From the IMG/VR virus record IMGVR_UViG_3300028833_000086, positions 58,738 to 122,737 of that record: a stretch of 64,000 nt of DNA. One strand, 5' to 3'. A program made the position numbers and the translations under genes. The first letter of the stretch is position 1; each line of letters starts with the position of its first letter. Origin of the DNA: a virus. Taxonomy: Duplodnaviria > Caudoviricetes. Positions 36,159-44,100 of the stretch are shown here, piece by piece. The notes beneath the pieces were generated by a model, which made no database searches, was not told where the DNA came from, and was given only the letters and a program-made list of their open reading frames with translations.

Positions 36159-36183
36159 CATTATAACAATAATATGTTAATAT
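36155..36183 (+). promoter_or_regulatory. sigma-A promoter driving the RNA island
   Basis: TTGACA-17-TAATAT with TG extension. Confidence 0.7.
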
Positions 36184-36189
36184 ATAATT

Positions 36190-36263
36190 GATGAGGGGCG
36201 TTAAGTCCTGTTCATGTTTTTACCTCCTAGAGTCGGGGCGGAGGTGTCGCAAGCCTCCGCCTC
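36190..36263 (+). ncRNA. candidate sRNA with anti-SD/anti-AUG sequence
   Basis: 5' hairpin, then CATGTTTTTACCTCCT, then GC-rich hairpin GGGGCGGAGG/CCTCCGCCTC. Confidence 0.55.
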
Positions 36264-36282
36264 ATATGGTCTAATCATATAA

Positions 36283-36355
<73 letters not shown>

Positions 36356-36738
36356 GTTCAACCGCAGTAATACTTGAATTGACAAGTTATGTCGGGCAAC
36401 AGGGTTGACCGTAGCGGTGCGGTTTCTTCTCGTCTGTACCAACAGGATTAATAAAACAGATATATAGGTTGTAAAGAAGGTGATCCTGACTAAATAGTCT
36501 AAAAACCATCTTCGGTGCTATGAGACCGAGAATCTCATAAGGTTCTCCCTAAGAACTGAAATTAGGCGTATGGAGAGATTGCAGAGCATCGCTCATCCTC
36601 ACTCCACCCCACGAAAATGGTAATTAAAGATGACTGAGAGATGTGTGTAGTGAGAGCGACGAAGAGGACAACATAAGACTCTAACCTCCCATGGCGTAGT
36701 TATGGTTCTGCGTGTGCATGGGGATAAAAACCAACTAA

Positions 36739-36855
36739 GCCCAAACAGTTTGCTATTGTACGTACAAGATGGTAACTTGGCGTGACGCAATATAAAGGTC
36801 GGCTCTGATCTTATCATAACCAATCAGGGCGTAGGTTCGAATCCTACTTTGGGCG
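36739..36855 (+). ncRNA. tRNA-like RNA A (acceptor stem and T-arm with non-canonical core)
   Basis: GCCCAAA/TTTGGGC acceptor stem and GTAGG-TTCGAAT-CCTAC T-arm; 117 nt. Confidence 0.6.
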
Positions 36856-37023
36856 TGATCCTAATCCGAGAATCCTAGGAATGGCAAAAGCTGAAATGCT
36901 ATGTCTACTCGGAGGGCGCGAGCTAATCCGCGAACGAAAGCTGGTCACAGCCCCTTGATTGGAGGCATGAGTATCTTTGAGACAGGAATCCTAGCGATAG
37001 GACGAAAGATATATGGGGCAAAT

Positions 37024-37126
37024 CGGTGAGTGGTGTAATGGTAACACGGCAAGGCTTTTATTCTCCTGTTGCTTACAAAACTTTTCCAAAAATTCGCAGA
37101 TGTTGGTTCAATCCCAGCCTCACCGA
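37024..37126 (+). ncRNA. tRNA-like RNA B (expanded anticodon arm)
   Basis: CGGTGAG/CTCACCG acceptor, GTGT-AATGGTA-ACAC D-arm, GTTGG-TTCAATC-CCAGC T-arm; 49 nt in place of the anticodon arm. Confidence 0.65.
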
Positions 37127-37323
37127 TGTTAAGTGAGAATTAAATGTTGCAGAAAACCAGAGGGTTAGAAGGAGCAACACTGATATGGTGTTGGAGCCTG
37201 ATTACTAGTTTCGATGAGAGGACGCTCTTGCAACAGCTAGCATTTTAAATATAATAATACAAACCAAACATAACGAGGACAATTCCATTAATGACATAAA
37301 GGATGTTTGTAGGAAAGGAGTTT

Positions 37324-37995
37324 ATGGAATGTTTGGTTTGTGGTAAAAAATTAGAAAAGAAACAAACAAAATATTGTTGTAAAGAACATGAAAAAATAAG
37401 CAAAAGAAATAGAGTGGTACAAGCTTGGTTAAATGGTGAAGATCTAGGATATTCAGGTACTGGAATTAAACATTTTATAAGAGATTATCTTTTAGAAAAA
37501 GCTAATTATAAATGTGAAATATGTGGATGGGGGAAAATTAATCCATATAATGGGACATATCCATTAGAAATACACCATAAAGATGGAAATTACAAGCATA
37601 ATACCTTAGATAATTTGCAAGTACTTTGCCCTAATTGTCATAGTTTAACAGATACTTATAAAAGTATGAATAAAGATAGCGTTCGAGATAGAGGTAAATA
37701 CATTGGTAGAAAGAAAGATGTAAGTAATATATGTGTAGATTGTGGCGCAAAAATTTATTACAAATCTGTAAGATGTAGATCTTGTGAATCAAAAAGAAGG
37801 GATAAAATAATAGCAGAAGTAAGAGTCCCAAGAGAAGAATTAAAACAACTTATAAGAACAAAACCATTTTTACAAATTGGTAAAATGTTTAATGTAACAG
37901 ATAACGCTATTCGTAAATGGTGTGATAAATATAAGTTACCAAGAAAGAAATCAGTTATTAATTCTTATTCTGATGCAGAATGGAATTTAATATAA
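37324..37995 (+). CDS. free-standing HNH endonuclease with zinc fingers and C-terminal HTH
   Basis: CEICG...LEIHHKDGN..N...NL..LCPNCH; IGKMFNVTDNAIRKW. Confidence 0.88.
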   Translation: MECLVCGKKLEKKQTKYCCKEHEKISKRNRVVQAWLNGEDLGYSGTGIKHFIRDYLLEKANYKCEICGWGKINPYNGTYPLEIHHKDGNYKHNTLDNLQVLCPNCHSLTDTYKSMNKDSVRDRGKYIGRKKDVSNICVDCGAKIYYKSVRCRSCESKRRDKIIAEVRVPREELKQLIRTKPFLQIGKMFNVTDNAIRKWCDKYKLPRKKSVINSYSDAEWNLI

Positions 37996-38001
37996 ATAAT
38001 T

Positions 38002-38072
38002 GCCGCCATCGTCCAATGGTAAGACTTGACACCTGTAATGTCAGTATCCCCGTCCGAATCGGGGTGGCGGCT
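38002..38072 (+). tRNA. tRNA-Thr(UGU), atypical (C33, T-loop TCCGAAT)
   Basis: GCCGCCA/TGGCGGC acceptor, TGACA-ccTGTaa-TGTCA, CCCCG/CGGGG T-stem. Confidence 0.75.
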
Positions 38073-38217
38073 GAGGTTGGGTCATACCCAAATGATCTGA
38101 GCGAGAGCAGGACACCTCAGAGAGAATAACAATGCCGAGAAAGGTTGCTCACGGAATAAGATGTGTTTGTGAGAATGTAATGAAAACACTACATATTTTC
38201 CCTATCGGAACTGCCCA

Positions 38218-38301
38218 GCTGGTGTGATGGAATTCGTAGACATACGGGATTTAAGTTCCCGTGAAGGAAACTTCGTGTGGGTTCAAATCCCACCACCAGC
38301 A
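38218..38301 (+). tRNA. tRNA-Leu(UAA)
   Basis: GCTGGTG/CACCAGC, CGGGA-ttTAAgt-TCCCG, long variable arm, GGTTCAAATCC. Confidence 0.9.
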
Positions 38302-38305
38302 CTTA

Positions 38306-38387
38306 GCTATCATGGTGGAATTGGTAGACACGCCAGACTCAAACTCTGGTGGAGAGATCCGTGCAAGTTCGATCCTTGCTGATAGCA
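38306..38387 (+). tRNA. tRNA-Leu(CAA)
   Basis: GCTATCA/TGATAGC, CCAGA-ctCAAac-TCTGG, variable arm, T-arm. Confidence 0.9.
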
Positions 38388-38486
38388 CTAGCCCTCTGTA
38401 GACTTTGGTTGGTTCAGTGAAAGACAGCGTTTGCGGACGTGTGATGAGTAGAGATGCGTCTCGAAAATCTTAATTGCGAAAGGCAC

Positions 38487-38515
38487 TTGACATTATAATA
38501 AAAATATGTTAGTAT
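38487..38515 (+). promoter_or_regulatory. sigma-A promoter for the second half of the RNA island
   Basis: TTGACA-17-TAGTAT with TG extension; near-copy of the 36155 promoter. Confidence 0.7.
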
Positions 38516-38522
38516 TATAAAG

Positions 38523-38604
38523 GGTCGTTCGGGCGACCATAAATAGACTTCTAAGCCCGAAGCGTTTACGATTTTCCTGAGGTCAGCAAAATCGTAAGGC
38601 AAGT
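38523..38604 (+). ncRNA. pistol self-cleaving ribozyme
   Basis: P1 GGTCG/CGACC; loop TTCGGG pseudoknots with CCCGAA; conserved TAAATAG; P2 ACTT/AAGT; TAAG-pk-GCG; P3 TTTACGATTTT/AAAATCGTAAG; scissile dinucleotide G38599-C38600. Confidence 0.85.
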
Positions 38605-38761
38605 ACGGTGGAACAGAGGTCGCGAACTCTGGTGGGATAGTAGTATGGGATTGCTGCTATTCGTCCTAAAGGTAAGATGGTTTAAACTAAAACAATCCTA
38701 CCGTCTTATCAGTGGTAGTAGAAGGCCATTATAACGCGAGGTCAACGGCTATCACAAACAT

Positions 38762-38836
38762 CGCGGGATGACGAGCAATTGGAAGCTCACTTGGCTCATA
38801 ACCAAGAGCATGTCAGTTCAAGTCTGACTCCCGCAA
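38762..38836 (+). tRNA. tRNA-Met(CAU), initiator-like (C1:A72)
   Basis: CGCGGGA/TCCCGCA, GAGC/GCTC D-stem, CTTGG-ctCATaa-CCAAG, GTTCAAGTC. Confidence 0.85.
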
Positions 38837-38838
38837 CT

Positions 38839-39180
38839 CGGTTGAAATGTCTTCTGTCATCGTTCCCAAATGACCAGTAGTTCTGGGGAAAAGCAGACGA
38901 ACGAGAGTCTGATCAACTCTCCTATCTGTAAAGGTTCGAAACATGATAGAACGCATACTAAGCCGTCACAATTGCGAGTCGGCTCCGCTAACCGACACTT
39001 TCGAGGTAAGCCAAATAACGGTTAATTGGGCGATAACTCAGGTGCGCAGTGGTCATTGCGCTATACAAATGAGTAGGACAGGTTAGTAGTCTTTTAGGGT
39101 AGCGCCGAAGAGTGAGGATGGGGATCTCGTCCAAGGACACGTATGCTAGAGCCCACTGCTAGTGCTACAAGTGTGGGATA
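38839..39180 (+). ncRNA. unassigned ~340 nt highly structured RNA
   Basis: no ORF; many helices (GCATAC/GTATGC, GCGCAGTG/CATTGCGC, GTCGG/CCGAC, GAGAG/CTCTC, CCCAC/GTGGG); bounded by tRNAs. Confidence 0.55.
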
Positions 39181-39181
39181 T

Positions 39182-39253
39182 AGCCCCTTCGCCAAGTGGT
39201 AAGGCAACGGATTTTGGTTCCGTTATTCACTGGTTCGAATCCAGTAGGGGTTG
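39182..39253 (+). tRNA. tRNA-Gln(UUG)
   Basis: GCC-AAGTGGTAA-GGC D-arm, ACGGA-ttTTGgt-TCCGT, GGTTCGAATCC. Confidence 0.9.
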
Positions 39254-39260
39254 TTTACAT

Positions 39261-39331
39261 AGGGGCTTGGTGTAATGGTAGCATAGCGGTCTCCAAAACC
39301 GCAGGTGGGCGTTCGAGTCGCTCAGTTTCTG
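39261..39331 (+). tRNA. tRNA-Trp(CCA)
   Basis: GCGGT-ctCCAaa-ACCGC, GTTCGAGTC; acceptor stem with three G-U pairs. Confidence 0.85.
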
Positions 39332-39529
39332 TTTGATTCATCAAAAATGATGAGTCGAAAAAAGGAAGTCAATCAACAACTAATTGGAAACGGAGTTGCA
39401 AATCCTAACCAAAGATGTCAGCCTTGGAGAAAGGTCTGTAAAGTGGGTCAGATAGTCAGAGCCTGAAAACCATGCATGCAAAAGACCAAGATAAGTGGCT
39501 TGGGTGGAAATGACAAAAGTTGATTGAAT

Positions 39530-39707
39530 TGAGTGGTGGCAGAAAGGGTAAACGCAAATACAAATTCACGAGGATTCAGCAGTTAACGGTTGGCGGTCAT
39601 GCGAGAATTGAGACTACGTGCCGAAAAAGCGGAACCAGTTGGAGAACATTATACTCAAATCGTGAAGAAAAAGACCGTATGTAAGGTTCGAATCCTTACC
39701 CACTCAT
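39530..39707 (+). ncRNA. tRNA-like RNA C (tRNA shell around a ~120 nt domain)
   Basis: TGAGTGG/CCACTCA acceptor, class-II-like D-arm TGGCAGAAAGGGTAAACGC, GTAAGG-TTCGAAT-CCTTAC T-arm, inner helix TTCACGA/TCGTGAA. Confidence 0.65.
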
Positions 39708-40862
39708 TTGCCGAAATGGGCGCGACAGGCTCGTAAGACCTTTGGCAGAGTCATTAAAATCAAAGACACCAACAAATGAGAAGCGTTTGGTGCGGTAGGC
39801 AAATTTACTCTCTTGCTTATTGCTTGGGGCTATAAAGGCTTCGTCTACTGAGCCAGATCAGTGGACAATTAACAAAATAATAATATCTTAGGAGTTTACT
39901 ATGCAATACAAAGCAATCTTTGATTTACCTGATGATGTAACCCCTCCACGAACTGTAGGGTTTCAGTTTGGGATTATGGTGCAAACTGATCAAGGGATTA
40001 AGTATCAACCAAAAATCTATACGGCGGTTCTCATGCCAATCAAATCCCCACTCGAAGAATGGGAGGATCCCAATGAAACAAATGACAATTGACGATGAAG
40101 ACGCTACGGCAAACGTTAGACGTAATCCATTTGGTATATATGTACCAGAACAAACGAATCAACAATATACAATTCCTGAGGTTTGTAAGAATTGTAATAA
40201 TCATCCGTCAAATGGTGGTAGCGGAGTATGTTGGTGTACTTTAGGTGTAGTATCAGTAACTTGTTGAGGTAAGTTATGACAAGAGAAAAAGCACTGGAAA
40301 TAATTAAAGACATATCAGGATCGGTGGTATATCCAGAACAATTACCCTGCAAATATAAAACTGCTGAGGTACTTGAGGCTGTAGATACATTTGCGGATAC
40401 AATTGATCAACTTCGTAAGGCGCGTAAAAAGGCGCGCAGATATAAACGCATGTTTGTGCGACTTAAACATGCACAATGCAATAGTGAAAAAATAATGGAG
40501 GAAATAAAAGATGAATAAAAATTATAACCCTACACCTGTTTATAACCGCAAGTATGCACGCGAAGTTATCCGTGCTCAGGTACTTAAAAAGAATGGATAT
40601 CATAATGTTAGTAAGACTATGAGTCTTATGTTTAAGATGATGCGTAAGCGTGCACAGGAGGCGGCAGAATGAAACATACAATAACATTTAACACACCAGC
40701 AGAGATTAAAGAGATCCATGACATCCGCGTATCTTTTCTCGATCAGGATGATAAAGCTTACTTCCTAAATGTCAAAGCTAGTACAAAGGTTGAAGAGGTA
40801 AACAATATTAACTGGAAGATTGCAGCAAGAATTAAAGAGCTTAATGAGGATAAGGAGTAATT

Positions 40863-41054
40863 ATGGAAAATAAAAGTACTGGTGGTGGCGGTATTGGATT
40901 CTTTGGACTACTGCTTATCGTGTTCATAACTCTTAAACTTTGTGGTGTGATCACGTGGTCTTGGGTTATGGTGTTAATGCCACTTTGGATTGAAATAGGA
41001 ATTGCGTTAATAGTATTATTTTATATTATTGCTATAATTTTTATTAATAAATGA
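40863..41054 (+). CDS. small membrane protein (Fragile-X-F transmembrane-like phage family)
   Basis: GGIGF.GLL.IVFI.LKL.GVI.WSW..VL.PLW. Confidence 0.65.
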   Translation: MENKSTGGGGIGFFGLLLIVFITLKLCGVITWSWVMVLMPLWIEIGIALIVLFYIIAIIFINK

Positions 41055-41182
41055 CAACTAAAGAGCCTTGCTATTATAGTGAGGCTCTTACATTTTGAGG
41101 ATTAATAGATATAATTAGTTTCACCGAAACGGTGAAAGCGAGAATAAAAATGAAACGAATATAATAAATTTCAGGAGTATAT

Positions 41183-44100
41183 ATGAAAGAATATTATAAT
41201 TATCACAAACATTCTCATATATCAAATATCTTTACGATAGATTCTACCACACGTAACAAGCAGTATGCTGAACGAGCTGTTGAGCTCGGACATACTGCTC
41301 TTTCGACGTGCGAACATGGAACGTTCGGAGACATTTTTGAGTGTCGTACTTTGGCAAATGAGTATAATCTTAAATGTTTACCAGTTGCGGAATTTTATAT
41401 GGTTAAAAATGCGGATCCTGATCTTAAGGATAAGCGTAATTATCATATTATAGTAACACCTAAAACCAATGTTGCCCGTAAAAAGTGTAATTATATTTCT
41501 TCTATGGCAAATATAGAAGGATATTATTATAAGCCTAGGATAGATGTGGCTCATTTGCTTACTCTTGATCCTGATGATGTATATATAACCACAGCATGTG
41601 TAGCTGGTATGCTTCGCGACGAAGAAGGGATTAATGATATTTTTCTCCCATTGTTTAATCATTTTAAGGAGAATATTCTTTTAGAAGTTCAGAATCACAT
41701 CGATCCTAAACAGATCGAGATTAATAAAAGAGTTCTGGATTTCCAAAAAGAATATGGGCTTAAAATCGTTGCTGCAAATGATTCTCATTATATAGATGAT
41801 GAAGGAAGAATACAACGTGACGAATTACTACGTGGGAAAGGTATGAAATATGAGGAAGAGTCTGGCTTTATACTTGACTACCCTGATTATGATACTATGT
41901 TTGGCCGCTTCATTCAGCAAGGCGTGCTTTCAGAATCCCAGATAGAAGAAGCTATTGACAATACAATGATACTTACAGGCGTGGAAGAGATTAATCTCGA
42001 CCACTCAATTAAGATGCCTACAATAGATCCTGATCTTACTCCAGCTGAACGTGTAGCAAAGCTTAAGAAGATAGTGAACCACAGATTTACTCAGATAGTT
42101 AAAGACGAACATATCGAAGGTGAAGATTTTAAGAGATACAAAGACGGTATCCGTTATGAAATGGATATTATTGAGAAGACCAACGATGAAATACATACTG
42201 CTGATTACTTTCTTCTCAACACAAAACTTGTTGACTTAGCGGTAAATAAGTATGGCGGTGTTCTTACTCGCGGAGGCCGTGGATCATGCGCAAGTTTCTA
42301 TATTAATCGTATATGCGGAATGACACAGCTTGATCGCTTTAAAATCAATCTGCCTATATTCCCCGATAGATTTGCATCCACGGCACGTTTGCTTGAGAAT
42401 AGAGCATTGCCCGACATTGATTATAACGTTGAGACTCAGGAACCTTTTGTTAAGGCAGCACGTGAATTACTTGGAGAGCATGGTTGTTATCCTATGTATA
42501 AAACTGGAAACTTTCAACTCAAAGAAGCATTTAAAAATCTATGTCGTAGTAAAGGAATAGATTTTGAAACAAGTAATCAGATTAGTGCTGATATAGATAA
42601 ATATAGAGAAGATCCTGAATGGGGAGATTTAATTACCGAAGCCGAAAAATATGTAGGAGTTATTTACTCTGCAAGTGTCCATGCATGTGCTCACCTTCTT
42701 AGCAATGAAGACATTCGTTATGAGTATGGTGTATTAAGATTTGGTGATGTATTATGTGTCCTTATAACCTCAGCAGAAGCTGATGAATATAAAGTACTTA
42801 AAGACGACTTTCTTATTGTAACTGTTTGGCATCTTATTGCCGAAACATTTAAGGCTATTAATCAACCTATTATGCCAGCACGTGAATTACTAAATGCTAT
42901 AAAAAACGATGAAGAAGTATGGAAGTTGTTTACTAATGGAATGACTTGTACTCTTAATCAGGTGGATTCTTCTAATGGTACGCAACAAGCAAAAAGATAT
43001 GGTATAAAATCTTTTGAAGAAGGTGCTTTATTAGCAGCCGCTATTCGTCCCTCATTTGATTCATGGCGTGAAAAGTTTTTAAATCACGAAGATTATACTA
43101 CGGGCTCAAAACAACTTGATGATGTACTTAATTCTACTGGTGGTTATATATTATTCCAAGAAAATCTTATGGAATACTTTCAATGGCTTGAAATTACTCC
43201 TGCAGAATCCATTGGGTTAATAAAAAAGATCAGTAAGAAAAAAATCAAACCTCAAGATTTTGCTAAACTTGAAAAAAGAATTAGGAAAGTATGGATAGAA
43301 AAGACTGGATCAGAAGATATGTTTGATGAAACTTGGGGTATGATTCAAAGTTGTATGAGCTATGGATTTTGCGTATCAGGAGATACTAAACTTGTAAGAA
43401 ATGGTAATGGTAAATACCAACCTACCATTGAAGAAATGTATAACATAAAGAATGATAGGAAATACGCTGTAGAACAAGGACATCTACCTCTCTATAGTAA
43501 ATATCGTTCTTATGGTTATGGCAAAGCATTGTCTTTATATGATGATGGTTTTGTTCATGAAAATACAATTGAAGATATATATTTTACTGGAATAAGACAA
43601 ACATATAAAATTATTACCGAAAGTGGTAAAACTATCAAATGTACTGATAATCATAAATTTCCTACTCCTAATGGGGTGGTTGAATTAAAAGACTTACAAG
43701 TCGGAGATCAATTATATACTATAGATTCATATCAAGAAAGAGAACACAGTTATAGATTGACCAAAGATTTTGAACCTAATTATCCTAAAGTAGGACAGGA
43801 GGGATTTCAAAGACGAGAGGACGGAGCCTCGGTTGTATTTGAAAGAGAAAGACAAAAACATAAAGATAATCAGGATCGCTGTGAAAAATGTAGGTGTCAG
43901 TATAATATCGATTTTGAACTACATCACATAGATTTGGATCGAACTAATAATGATCCTAGTAATTTTGCATGGTTATGTAACTCTTGCCATAAGAAAGTAC
44001 ACTATGAACAGGATAGGAATAAAAGATATGAAAGAGGATTAACGATTAAACTTGACAAAATAATATCTATTGAAAAAGATCAAATCGAAAAAGTTTATTC

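Noticed and set aside
36970-37012. Hammerhead-like stem II TCCTA-GCGA-TAGGAC-GAAA
   Set aside because: No CUGANGA upstream; left as part of an unassigned structured RNA.
38002-38072. Reading this tRNA as Tyr(GUA)
   Set aside because: The perfect TGACA/TGTCA stem centres TGT. The acceptor stem is Thr-like and there is no long variable arm.
38440-38470. Hammerhead-like GTGATGAG...GAAA
   Set aside because: The core C of CUGANGA is missing and stems I/III cannot be formed convincingly.
39530-39707. tmRNA
   Set aside because: Too short, has a D-stem, no G3-U70 pair, no tag reading frame.
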